A DNA stretch of 59,401 nt. Origin: a virus. Its lineage: Duplodnaviria; Heunggongvirae; Uroviricota; Caudoviricetes. Position numbers and translations under genes: made by a program. The notes beneath the pieces were generated by a model, which was given only the letters and a program-made list of their open reading frames with translations, ran no database searches and was not told where the DNA came from. Numbering within the stretch: the first letter of the stretch is position 1; the number at the start of each line of letters is the position of its first letter. Where the stretch lies: IMG/VR virus record IMGVR_UViG_3300021256_000055, positions 199,124 to 258,524 of that record; one strand, given 5' to 3'. Below, one piece after another: positions 10,049 to 19,093 of this stretch.

Positions 10049-10906
10049 CTATTCTGTTCTAATAATTGAAACTTGACCATGTACGATTTTGTCTGGATAT
10101 GTCTTATAATCACTATATATATCATGATTATCGTAAGGTACTACTTTAATTGTAAGTGTATCACTAGTTTGTAAAGTATACGTAAATTCTCCCTCGTCAT
10201 CATCATGTGAGTTTTTAAGTTCACCATTTATATATACATAGAAGTAGGTATCTCCATCTTCTCTAGTGTCCGTTAATCGTACTGTATACTCGCCATTTTT
10301 TGTAATTATATAATTATGAACTCCAGTAATATTCACTTCGCTGATATTATCATTAAGAATATCATCAGCTTCTATCAGATTAAATTTTCTTAAAAGGTCT
10401 ATATTATTAAATAGATCAGGCCTTAGTAAGTCAGGTTTACAGATTATATCCTCAAGTTTACCACAGTTTTTAAACATGCCATCTTCTATATAATCAACGC
10501 TATCAGGAATAGTGACTTTTTTTAAGTTTGGGAAAAATTTAAGACCTAAATATTGACCACCATAGATATTACCATATGTATCATATGTATCAATATAACT
10601 AGTACTTAAACGTTTAATACCATCAGGAAAAACAATTTCTTCTACACAATCTGGCCATATTCCATTAGAATAGTTCATAACAAAAAATGGTTGATTCTCA
10701 GCTACAATACTCTTAAAAACTTCTAGGGTATCAATAACTTTTGTAGTAGACTTTAATCTAATGAGACTTAAATCTTGTGAATCGTCTAATTGGAATCCGG
10801 TATCTTTAACATCGGATACATTATATTCAGTATAAGTTATACCACCGTCTAAGCTTATACTGATTTTTCCGTCGTTTGTTTTTAGTGTATCAAAGATTAT
10901 TTTCAT
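10049..10906 (-). CDS. BspA-type leucine-rich repeat protein
   Basis: VEEIVFPDGIKRL and LKKVTIPDSVDYIEDGMFKNCGKLEDI are LRR_5-type repeats. Confidence 0.7.
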   Translation of the reverse strand: MKIIFDTLKTNDGKISISLDGGITYTEYNVSDVKDTGFQLDDSQDLSLIRLKSTTKVIDTLEVFKSIVAENQPFFVMNYSNGIWPDCVEEIVFPDGIKRLSTSYIDTYDTYGNIYGGQYLGLKFFPNLKKVTIPDSVDYIEDGMFKNCGKLEDIICKPDLLRPDLFNNIDLLRKFNLIEADDILNDNISEVNITGVHNYIITKNGEYTVRLTDTREDGDTYFYVYINGELKNSHDDDEGEFTYTLQTSDTLTIKVVPYDNHDIYSDYKTYPDKIVHGQVSIIRTE

Positions 10907-10946
10907 AACAAATTAGTGAGATAAATAATTAAGGCCTAATTATAAA

Positions 10947-11723
10947 ATGGTAAATCCCACAATTTTTAATTTTTATGACTACCTAAAAAATCCCATGGCG
11001 GATTATTGTGTTTCAAAATATCAGTCAAAAACAATTTATACTTTAGAAGATTTTGAAGAATTAACAAGAACATTAAGATATACCCGCTTTGCAATAAAAA
11101 ATAATAAGAAACAATCTATTGGAGACCAAATACGGCTTTTATTAGCAACTAAAACCAATGACTTTTTATATCTAGACGCAGACTGTTACATTCCTGATTT
11201 TACAGAAATCATAGCTAATAAGAATTGTACTGCGTATATACCATATATTAAAAAAATAAATAATGGCTCATTTTTCTATACAGATAAATCTTGCGAGTTT
11301 AATAATTATTACTTTAATTTATATGAAACAGTAGATGAGGAAGACTTATGGTTATCAAACTTGGACTTCTTTAATAAGCACCCATTTAAGCAAGATTTTG
11401 AACATCATAAGTCGGGAGATATGAACTTATTAGATTCTGTAAAACTAAGACATTTTTATATAAGCCATTTTTATAGATTTAAGAGGCTATTTTCAGATAT
11501 AGATAAAGTATATTATAGCTTTGATAATTTTAACGCAGCTGTACCAGTTCTATGGATGTTTGACCATTGTCCATTACATAATCAAATTATAAAAATATTT
11601 GGAAAAGAAATCTGGTTCTATGAGACTGTATGTGACTTTATTCCACAGGATGATCTAGTAAGGCTATTTAAGGAACAAATGAATTATACATATCAAAAGA
11701 ACCTTAAGTTTATTGAAGTATAA
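10947..11723 (+). CDS. Putative glycosyltransferase (GT-A, DxD)
   Basis: FLYLDADC DxD motif followed by INNGSFF. Confidence 0.5.
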   Translation: MVNPTIFNFYDYLKNPMADYCVSKYQSKTIYTLEDFEELTRTLRYTRFAIKNNKKQSIGDQIRLLLATKTNDFLYLDADCYIPDFTEIIANKNCTAYIPYIKKINNGSFFYTDKSCEFNNYYFNLYETVDEEDLWLSNLDFFNKHPFKQDFEHHKSGDMNLLDSVKLRHFYISHFYRFKRLFSDIDKVYYSFDNFNAAVPVLWMFDHCPLHNQIIKIFGKEIWFYETVCDFIPQDDLVRLFKEQMNYTYQKNLKFIEV

Positions 11724-11819
11724 AAAGATAATATAAACAGGCATGTTTCCATTGTAATATAGCAATAAGATTGAATATAGAATATTCTTATATAGAGATA
11801 TCATTAGATAACTTTAAAA

Positions 11820-11970
11820 GAATATAGATATAATACAATATATAAATGTATATAAGTAATCTATATAGATAGATATACTATATAAGCATAACGTAATATA
11901 TAGATATAATATAGTATATAGATATATGTATAGATGCAATATATAGGTACAATATAGTCTATATATACAA
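11820..11970. repeat. Low-complexity TA-rich tract
   Basis: About 150 bp of mostly alternating TA with recurring TATAGAT/ATATAG units. Confidence 0.8.
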
Positions 11971-12405
11971 AATTTTGTGCAAGGGCTTGCATGTATTTTT
12001 TTCAAAAAAGCCACCCCCGGGGGCCTAGGTATACATTTTTCCAGGAAAGAGAGACAAAAAGGGCCTAGGAGAGTTTGAACTACATAAAAGAAGTAGAAAA
12101 AAGCCCCTCTGGAAAAATCTTGTGCACAGCATCATACTCAAAAACTGAGACAGGCCCACCCCCGAGTCAACTCAATCCACCATAAAAAAGTCACCAAAAT
12201 TTCCAGCCACCAAAAATGTTTGAACCAGATAACTTTTCCAGACGAGAAGTCTGGTAGGATAAAATGCTAGGTACCATTCTTCCTGGTGGCTTTTCCAGGT
12301 GAGGAGCTAGGTATATATGTCTCCTGACTTAACTTTCTAGTCTAGAGGAGGATGGGGAGAGGATAGTAGATGGGAGCTTAGCCCCCTCTATGTGCATATA
12401 CCCTG

Positions 12406-12708
12406 CTAGCCTACCATGTTAGGAACACCAGCGTTGGCACAGGCTATATCCCTCAGGGTAGTTTTCCAAGCCGAGAGCTCCTTAGCACGGCCATAGTCTG
12501 GACCGGACAGCCAGCCATAGCTTGCTTTAGATGCGAGCTGGTCGGCCTCATCCCTGGTTTTCTCCAGCTGTTCTGCTTTGTCATAATCACCAGCTTCCCA
12601 AGCATCGTGGATCATGTTGGAGAGTTTGTCGTGGCAAGATTCCAGGTTGAATCTGATATTTTCTGATACTGGGTAGTGCTTAACTCCATTGATAATTTTA
12701 AGTGCCAT
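12406..12708 (-). CDS. Hypothetical protein; last gene of the array
   Basis: AGGAGG SD; 100 aa. Confidence 0.75.
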   Translation of the reverse strand: MALKIINGVKHYPVSENIRFNLESCHDKLSNMIHDAWEAGDYDKAEQLEKTRDEADQLASKASYGWLSGPDYGRAKELSAWKTTLRDIACANAGVPNMVG

Positions 12709-12774
12709 AGGTGATTCCTCCTAAAGGAATTGAATAGAATTCGTAATACCCGGAGTTTATTCCGGGTGGAAGAC

Positions 12775-12927
12775 TTAGATGAAGTCTTCCCAATCAACGC
12801 CGTAGTCGGCCTTGAACTGCTCAACGAGCTGTTCTACAACCGAGCAGTCCTCATGATTGAGAGTTGCGCGGTAGATTGCGAGAGCACGGTTCTGGCGCTC
12901 CATGTAAGCTGTCTTGGTCATTTTCAT
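12775..12927 (-). CDS. 50-aa hypothetical protein MKMTKTAYMERQ... (not in ORF track)
   Basis: GAGGAG SD 8 nt upstream, array promoter at about 12960-12995, TAA at 12775, then a hairpin at about 12749-12766. Confidence 0.7.
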   Translation of the reverse strand: MKMTKTAYMERQNRALAIYRATLNHEDCSVVEQLVEQFKADYGVDWEDFI

Positions 12928-13057
12928 AGGTCATACTCCTCATTAGTGTTATTCGTTTACATATATAATATGTGGATAACATCTACAGAGTATAAAAATA
13001 TTAGAGAAAATAAAACCCCCACAGACTTGTCTAGTCTGTAGGTTTATGTGTTATATA

Positions 13058-13384
13058 TTATTGATAACATTCTGGGATACGTCTTGCACCGATTACTTTG
13101 ATGTGGTAGCCAGCGTAGTTGTTCAGATATACGCAATGGTCCCAGTACCAGTTGTTTGATACATCTGATTTATACAGGAATGCTTTGGCTTCAACGATCT
13201 GATGCTGTTCTGGATGTTTAAGGTATCTTTCTTCTGTCTTCTTGTATATCTTAGTACCTTTACGATGACCGTTACAGAACCAGAGTGTGCCTGTGTCTAT
13301 CTGAACTTTATACCAGCCGCGCTTTGGATTTGCTGGGATGCCCCTTTCATTTACTTTGCCGAATACCATAGGATTGTCCTCCAT
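13058..13384 (-). CDS. Hypothetical protein (paralog of 13485..13697)
   Basis: Shares NE.GIP.NP..G and ..WYWD motifs; GGAG SD. Confidence 0.75.
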   Translation of the reverse strand: MEDNPMVFGKVNERGIPANPKRGWYKVQIDTGTLWFCNGHRKGTKIYKKTEERYLKHPEQHQIVEAKAFLYKSDVSNNWYWDHCVYLNNYAGYHIKVIGARRIPECYQ

Positions 13385-13484
13385 TATATTTGTTTACATG
13401 TATAATATGTAAACAATATTAGAAGAGTATGAAAACTCTACAGACTTTTCTAATCCGTAGAGTTTATAGAGAGGATTGATTCTT

Positions 13485-13697
13485 TTAGTATCGGAACGTA
13501 GCCTCAACTACTTTGTTACCAGACATGAGTGTATTTTCCATAAGTGGACAGTCCCAATACCAATTGATATAACCTTTTCGGAGAATAGCATATGTTGTGC
13601 TTAAGATTCCTGTATCTCCATGCTTAACTATAACCATGTAGCGTCCTTCATCAACTGGATTTACTGGGATTCCGTTCTCGTTTAATTCTTCAGACAT
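13485..13697 (-). CDS. Hypothetical protein (start moved to MSEELN)
   Basis: GGAGG SD; paralog of 13058..13384. Confidence 0.75.
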   Translation of the reverse strand: MSEELNENGIPVNPVDEGRYMVIVKHGDTGILSTTYAILRKGYINWYWDCPLMENTLMSGNKVVEATFRY

Positions 13698-13883
13698 AGT
13701 GATTGCCTCCATTCAGATATTATTTGTTTACACATATAATATGTGGATAAGTTCTACAGAGCACAAAAACTTTTCTGGCTTTTCTGATCTATTTTAAAAT
13801 AGAGCTACGTCCGAATCAACAGCCTGGAGATAATCTAAATCTCTTGGGCTAGCTGAACTTTTTACATTCAGCTAGCACTTGTT

Positions 13884-14180
13884 CTAACTCACCAGGTACG
13901 GCTTGATTGCTGAGACGTCACCCTGATAATCATTGTCCCAGAGATCATTGATGATTTGCATAATTATATCCTTACCCCGGAATCTGTTCTCGTTTGTACC
14001 AATCTTAACGAGTCCCCTCTCGAAGTGACATTGAACGACGTTCAGGTATAATGTATTGATCAAATTGTCTTTTGTAAGACCCTCAAGATCACTCTCGCAG
14101 CCATCATCGATGGAATTGATGTAAGGTCCAATTGTCTCGTCCCAGGCCAGCATGATTTGTTTTCTAATGCTCATAGCCAT
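13884..14180 (-). CDS. Hypothetical protein
   Basis: Own promoter and SD. Confidence 0.75.
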   Translation of the reverse strand: MAMSIRKQIMLAWDETIGPYINSIDDGCESDLEGLTKDNLINTLYLNVVQCHFERGLVKIGTNENRFRGKDIIMQIINDLWDNDYQGDVSAIKPYLVS

Positions 14181-14306
14181 ATAGCATCCTCCACATTAAC
14201 TATTTGTTTACAAATATAATATGTGTATAGATCTATAGAAGTATAGAAATATAATAAAACTTTCTAATCTTATTTGACTAGAAAGTTTTATTATTTGAAG
14301 TTCTTT

Positions 14307-14585
14307 TTAGCTGAGCTTACTGATGGCCTGGAAAGCTTTAGAGATGTTCTCAGCCTGTTTAGCCTGGTCATCTGGAAGTAAAGAGTTACATTCAGTGATG
14401 ATGAGACTTGTAAGTAAGAACTGACATTTGAGAGCGATTTTGGCCATCTCAGTTATAATCATATTGAACTGAGTTTCATTGAACTTACCAGATTCGAGAT
14501 CAGCCTTAGCCTGAGTCTGGGTAAGGTTGGCTCTGTCCAGCATACCACGGATGTTATGGATTGTGTCTGAAGTTATAACAGTCAT
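14307..14585 (-). CDS. Hypothetical helical protein
   Basis: Own promoter, leader GUAAACAAAUAAC, GGAGG SD. Confidence 0.75.
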   Translation of the reverse strand: MTVITSDTIHNIRGMLDRANLTQTQAKADLESGKFNETQFNMIITEMAKIALKCQFLLTSLIITECNSLLPDDQAKQAENISKAFQAISKLS

Positions 14586-14673
14586 AGTTTTGCCTCCGTA
14601 AAAGTTATTTGTTTACATATATTATATGTTAATAACTTCTACAGAGTATAAAAACTATTCTGACTTTTCTGAT

Positions 14674-14919
14674 TTATTCTTCTTTTAATCTGTACGAATC
14701 CTGATCAAAACAAGACCCTTGAGTTTCGTATACAGATTTTGATAGAGCAGACATCAGTGATTTGATTGTCTTTGGCTGTGTTGGAATCTTGCTGTTCCAA
14801 CTGTGGCCACACTGGAGAGTATAGCTGAAGGCATTTGTGAGTTCTTCCAATGTGCCAGTATGTTCATGGGTACGACCACGATGTTTTTTAATGATGGTAT
14901 AGGTTTTTTTGTTTGCCAT
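14674..14919 (-). CDS. Hypothetical protein
   Basis: GGAG SD. Confidence 0.75.
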   Translation of the reverse strand: MANKKTYTIIKKHRGRTHEHTGTLEELTNAFSYTLQCGHSWNSKIPTQPKTIKSLMSALSKSVYETQGSCFDQDSYRLKEE

Positions 14920-14930
14920 AAGTATCTCCC

Positions 14931-15185
14931 TTAGTTGATTTCGATAGTCTTACTTACTCTGTGAGCGAGAACTTCACAGCGTACTGAGTATGAAGAACCA
15001 TCCTGTGTGCTGGCTTCAAGTGAGTAATCTCCCCAGCCTTCATTGATAAGTTCATTCAAGAAGTCACGAAACTCTGTGACTGTGAGATCAGTCTTTTTGT
15101 TATCCGATGAGATGATGAGAGAACTTACTTTGTTTCCGTCTTTGTCCTGCTGATATGTATTCTTGTCATCTGTTACGTTAAGCAT
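14931..15185 (-). CDS. Hypothetical protein (start moved to MLNVTD)
   Basis: The track start reads through the promoter; GGAGG SD precedes 15185. Confidence 0.7.
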   Translation of the reverse strand: MLNVTDDKNTYQQDKDGNKVSSLIISSDNKKTDLTVTEFRDFLNELINEGWGDYSLEASTQDGSSYSVRCEVLAHRVSKTIEIN

Positions 15186-15293
15186 GATCGCCTCCATTTG
15201 TTTACAAATATAATATGTGAACAAATCTGTAGAAGTATAGAACAAATAAAAAACTTTCTAGTCTTATTGAACTAGAAAGTTTTTATAGAAGAA

Positions 15294-15566
15294 CTATTCT
15301 TCGTCTTCTTCTGAGCCGTCTTCGTAGTCTTCTTCAAAAGCAGCTTTTTTGAGAGCGTGAGCTTTCTTAATTTCGTAAGCAATGAAAGCTGAGCCGTCCA
15401 AAATACCAGAGATCATACCGACGATTCCAATCCATCCCCATGGGTTTACTGGAATGATTCCTTTGTAAGCCAGAGCACTGAGTGTAATACCAGCAGCTGC
15501 AAATACAACATCAGCTACTTTCATAGCTCTCCAGACTCTTGCGTTTCTAATCATAATCTTTTTCAT
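15294..15566 (-). CDS. Two-TM membrane protein with acidic tail (start moved to MKKIMI)
   Basis: GTGAGG SD; two hydrophobic helices. Confidence 0.75.
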   Translation of the reverse strand: MKKIMIRNARVWRAMKVADVVFAAAGITLSALAYKGIIPVNPWGWIGIVGMISGILDGSAFIAYEIKKAHALKKAAFEEDYEDGSEEDEE

Positions 15567-15597
15567 AGTCTTAACCTCACTAAGAATTATTCGTTTA

Positions 15598-15633
15598 CAT
15601 ATATAATATGTAAACAATTCTGTAGAAGTACAA
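15598..15633 (-). promoter_or_regulatory. Representative array promoter
   Basis: -35 TTGTAC (15633-15628), 17-nt spacer with TCTACAGA, -10 CATATT (15610-15605), predicted +1 G at 15598; perfect palindrome GTTTACATAT-ATA-ATATGTAAAC. Confidence 0.85.
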
Positions 15634-15666
15634 AAACTTTCTAGTCTGTCACAACTAGAAAGTTTT
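15634..15666 (-). terminator. Representative conserved-arm terminator
   Basis: AACTTTCTAGT-loop-ACTAGAAAGTT plus U tract; about 12 copies share these arms. Confidence 0.8.
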
Positions 15667-15676
15667 TTAAAGTGAT

Positions 15677-15886
15677 TTAGAGATTGATTGTTCTCTCGTA
15701 GAATTGCCAGCCCCACTCGTGATTTTCTACGTCAATGTCAATTTCGTCTTCTTCGTAATCATCTTTCAAGAAGTCGAGACGTTCCTGTTCTGAGTCGAAA
15801 ACGTCTTCAGACTCACCCATCGGAATTCCATCTTCGTAGTGCGTGATCAAGCGTGCGCAGTAAAGAGTTTTAGTTTTTCCAGCCAT
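15677..15886 (-). CDS. Hypothetical protein (paralog of 21798..21995)
   Basis: Y.DG.P...SE..F...ER..FL.DY..DEI....HE.GW.F.E pattern shared. Confidence 0.75.
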   Translation of the reverse strand: MAGKTKTLYCARLITHYEDGIPMGESEDVFDSEQERLDFLKDDYEEDEIDIDVENHEWGWQFYERTINL

Positions 15887-16025
15887 AATTTAACCTCACT
15901 AAGTTTATTTTGTTTACAATAATAATATGTTAATAGTTCTATAGAAGTATAAAATAATAGAAAAACTCTTCTAATCTGACAGACTAGAAGAGTTTAGTAA
16001 ACAAATATTTATGAGGTGAACATTA

Positions 16026-16412
16026 TTAAAATCTGAATGATCCGTGTCCGAACTTATGAATCTCTTCAAGATGAGCTTTCTCAGCTGCAACATAGTCGTA
16101 GTCAGCAACTTTGATTTCTTCAAGACGCTTGATAAGTGAACGAACAAGAATATCCTGTTTAAGATCGAAGCAAGTGAACGACTGTTGAACTCTTCGAAGT
16201 TCATTTGTAAAAGACTCGATCGCTTTGTCAAATCCTTTATCCCATCCACCGTCCAGTTTCATTACTAAGTGAACGTATCTTGGCTTGTTTTCACAACAAG
16301 TAAGATTCACAGTTACTAAATCAAATCCGTGAGCCCAACTCTGAACTACTGATCCGATTTCTTTTATCGGGTTGAGAACATTTTCTAGTCTTAAGTGGTC
16401 TGCACAAGTCAT
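16026..16412 (-). CDS. Hypothetical protein (start moved to MTCADH)
   Basis: GGAGG SD and own promoter. Confidence 0.75.
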   Translation of the reverse strand: MTCADHLRLENVLNPIKEIGSVVQSWAHGFDLVTVNLTCCENKPRYVHLVMKLDGGWDKGFDKAIESFTNELRRVQQSFTCFDLKQDILVRSLIKRLEEIKVADYDYVAAEKAHLEEIHKFGHGSFRF

Positions 16413-16529
16413 AGTCTTAACCTCCAACCAGGTATTATTCGTTTACAGTTATAATATGTAGACAGTTCTATAGAAGTATAAAGCTAAAGTAAAACTTTCT
16501 AGTCTTATTTAACTAGAAAGTTTTTTAAA

Positions 16530-16760
16530 CTAGGAATTTAATTCATCAAAGCCTTTACGAGCTTCTGCTTTATCAAGAATATCACGGATCTGTATGAGAG
16601 CGCTGGTGATGGCATTGTATTCACCATTAGAAATCTTGTCATCGTAATACATATTGCTTGCTACGACAAGCACGCCATCTTTGAGAGCATCGAGCTCTTC
16701 ACGTGTTCTTCCGTCCTTAAGCTGACTAAGTGTAAGTTTGTTTGCTTTATCCAAATCCAT
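16530..16760 (-). CDS. Hypothetical helical protein
   Basis: AGGAG SD and promoter. Confidence 0.75.
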   Translation of the reverse strand: MDLDKANKLTLSQLKDGRTREELDALKDGVLVVASNMYYDDKISNGEYNAITSALIQIRDILDKAEARKGFDELNS

Positions 16761-16853
16761 ACGATTCTCCTGTACTCTTATAATATGTGAATAATACTAC
16801 AGAAGCATAAAAAATCAGAAAAGCTAATTTCTAACTTTTCTGATTTAACTATT

Positions 16854-17336
16854 CTAGTTTTTAGGCAATTCGCTTTCTTTAATGTAGTGGTCTGTGAATA
16901 ACTGTGAATCGTAAATATTCGGCATGACAATTTCATCCCAGTCGTCGATTTCTGGATCATAGTACTCATATTTGTACTTCTTCAGGAGCGCTGCAAACTC
17001 AGCCTTAAAGTCATTAAACTTTTCAGCAGAGAAGAAGTTTGTAGCTTCAACTTTCAGGTCATCTACTATACTTTCGATATGCTGTTCAATGCTATTTTCA
17101 CCTGATCCAGGACGAACTTCATTCCATAATGCTATTGCCTGAGCTTTTGAGCGATGCTCTGACTTTTCAATATCATGATTCTTGTCAAAGTATACTTCAG
17201 CAAAATCCGCAGACTTTCTTGTGATTCCGCCTTCCAGATTTATATCACAGCTTACATGAATCATGATATGCATGTTTGTCTCATTTGAACCAAATCCACA
17301 GTAAACTGTTTTATCAAAAGTTTTTCTTGTAATCAT
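16854..17336 (-). CDS. Hypothetical protein (start moved to MITRKT)
   Basis: GGAGG SD; coupled to the upstream stop. Confidence 0.75.
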   Translation of the reverse strand: MITRKTFDKTVYCGFGSNETNMHIMIHVSCDINLEGGITRKSADFAEVYFDKNHDIEKSEHRSKAQAIALWNEVRPGSGENSIEQHIESIVDDLKVEATNFFSAEKFNDFKAEFAALLKKYKYEYYDPEIDDWDEIVMPNIYDSQLFTDHYIKESELPKN

Positions 17337-17337
17337 C

Positions 17338-17571
17338 TTAGTCCTCCTGTGAATCAGCATATTCATCCATAAGCTCGAAGATTTCGATAAGCTCAGGATA
17401 TTCAATCATCGCAGCAAGCTTAGCATTTTCTTCGTCCCATTCAGCCTGGTTTTCTTCAGTGATATAACACTCGCCCCAGCTTTCATTTTCATCTGCAAGA
17501 TAGAACTCTGAGCTTGCAAATGCGCTTGTTGCCATAAGAATTGTTACTAAAGTCAAGATAATCTTTTTCAT
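17338..17571 (-). CDS. Signal-peptide-bearing acidic protein; leaderless start
   Basis: MKKIILTLVTILMATSAFA signal-like; ATG is at the predicted +1. Confidence 0.7.
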   Translation of the reverse strand: MKKIILTLVTILMATSAFASSEFYLADENESWGECYITEENQAEWDEENAKLAAMIEYPELIEIFELMDEYADSQED

Positions 17572-17609
17572 ATTTATAATATGTGAATTATTCTGCAGAA
17601 GCATAAATC

Positions 17610-17870
17610 TTATTTAGAAATTCTGTTCCAATATCCTTCTGTACCAGGATGATTTGCCCATTCTTTACAGAAGTTCTGGAATGCGATATGCTCTTCAAGG
17701 GAAAACTCTTTTACCTTTTCACTCTGCCAAATGATCTTGCTGTTCTCAATAATCTGGTAGTACACAACATCATTCTCATGTTCCATACGAAGTACCAGTC
17801 TAGCAATAACTTTGATGAACTCAGCAAAAATAGCTAAAATACCGATTATGGCTAAAATAGTTTTAATCAC
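17610..17870 (-). CDS. N-terminal TM hypothetical protein
   Basis: GTG start, GAGG SD. Confidence 0.65.
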   Translation of the reverse strand: MIKTILAIIGILAIFAEFIKVIARLVLRMEHENDVVYYQIIENSKIIWQSEKVKEFSLEEHIAFQNFCKEWANHPGTEGYWNRISK

Positions 17871-17940
17871 GATTATACCTCACTTATTATAATATGTAAA
17901 TTATTCTACAGAGGCATAAAAACTTTTCTGACTTTTCTGA

Positions 17941-18183
17941 TTAGAGCCAATCTACAGTAAGGATTCTTTTGTCTGATTTATCGATCCCAGCAATGGTATA
18001 ATTGGTATAGCCAGCTTCATCTAAAGCTCTTTTTATACCCGGAACGTCATATTTTGATACTGTAGTAGTTACATAAAACTTGCCGGATTCCGCAGCTTTA
18101 CGTATAGCTTCCTCAAGCTCTTCAACCGTGTCGCTAGTAGCATTAGCTGTTGCAATAGCTTTAGCTTCTTCCATGCTAAGCAT
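17941..18183 (-). CDS. Hypothetical protein (paralog of 32661..32912)
   Basis: EAK..A.A ... IEEAIRKAAESGKF pattern. Confidence 0.7.
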   Translation of the reverse strand: MLSMEEAKAIATANATSDTVEELEEAIRKAAESGKFYVTTTVSKYDVPGIKRALDEAGYTNYTIAGIDKSDKRILTVDWL

Positions 18184-18192
18184 ATAATCCTC

Positions 18193-18495
18193 CTAAGCTT
18201 TCTTCTCCAAGCTTACACTAGCGCCGAAGTACTGTTCATCCGTGAGGTATATTGTATGAACTGCTACACTCACGCCACCTGAAGACCAGGACGATTTATC
18301 AGTTCTAACTAATACTCCAGCTGGGAGCTTTAATACATCTGTATTATCGTCAAGCTTCATTTTTGTACCAACTGGGGAGTTTATAGTAAACTTCTTATCT
18401 ATGGACATATAATCGTCCTCCTCTATAAAATCATTCTCAAAGCTTTTAGCAAAAGCTTCATCGATCTCATCAAAATTATCTGTGCAAATACTCAT
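18193..18495 (-). CDS. Hypothetical protein
   Basis: 100 aa in operon. Confidence 0.6.
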   Translation of the reverse strand: MSICTDNFDEIDEAFAKSFENDFIEEDDYMSIDKKFTINSPVGTKMKLDDNTDVLKLPAGVLVRTDKSSWSSGGVSVAVHTIYLTDEQYFGASVSLEKKA

Positions 18496-18521
18496 ATAAG
18501 TATATTTGCACAGATACTCAA

Positions 18522-18755
18522 TTATTTATTGCAGAGCTCACCAACCTTAAAGAGAAAATCCCTAAAGGATACATCCGTGTACTCTGGAGTATCCTGAAAC
18601 CAGGAGTTATAGCCATCCACCATAACGCCCCATAAGTCTGGAGTTTCTTCAGGAGTAATACCCTTATCTAAGGCTTCTTTAACCTGAGCTTTCGTCATAC
18701 CAAGCTCAAGCGCATTGTTGAGGGAACTCTCAACATATATTTCAAGTTCTTCCAT
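18522..18755 (-). CDS. Hypothetical acidic protein
   Basis: AGGA SD. Confidence 0.7.
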   Translation of the reverse strand: MEELEIYVESSLNNALELGMTKAQVKEALDKGITPEETPDLWGVMVDGYNSWFQDTPEYTDVSFRDFLFKVGELCNK

Positions 18756-18764
18756 AAGCTTTTC

Positions 18765-19031
18765 CTATTTGAATAAATATGGCCTTACCAGTCTTTCAAC
18801 CTGATTGTTCAAGGCATTTGGATCGGACATCTTATAGTCGGCAGTCTTAAACAAAAATGTTACTTTATTTGGTGTTTTGATATACACGAAGTCATCATCT
18901 TTATGTTTATCTTCCAAAAGTTTGATTGAAGTTTCAATCTCTTCTGTACCAAGTCCACATGGGTTATGGAAACTAAGTGTCATATAGTAACCAAGTCTAT
19001 AACCGTTTTTCTTTGTGTAGATCCTTTTCAT
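18765..19031 (-). CDS. Hypothetical protein
   Basis: Promoter at about 19060-19095; GGGG SD before MKRIY. Confidence 0.65.
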   Translation of the reverse strand: MKRIYTKKNGYRLGYYMTLSFHNPCGLGTEEIETSIKLLEDKHKDDDFVYIKTPNKVTFLFKTADYKMSDPNALNNQVERLVRPYLFK

Positions 19032-19093
19032 ATCTATACCCCACAAGTTTATTTGTTTACATTTATAATATGTCTATAGAACTTTAGAAGTAT

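Noticed and set aside
11814-12014. 66-aa Tyr/Ile/Leu-rich ORF
   Set aside because: Simply the translation of the TA-rich tract.
13790-13880. Small RNA in the 13.8 kb gap
   Set aside because: Only one hairpin (GCTAGCTGAA/TTCAGCTAGC), explained as the terminator of 13884..14180; no promoter of its own.
14207-14225. Bacteroidetes-type promoter (TAnnTTTG)
   Set aside because: Only some copies read TATATTTG, the TTTG spacing is about 25 nt, and strong SD use argues against it.
15598-15615. The + strand TATAAT in the motif as a promoter for + strand genes
   Set aside because: No conserved -35 on that side and no SD-led + ORFs; it is a by-product of the dyad. Weak antisense transcription is not excluded.
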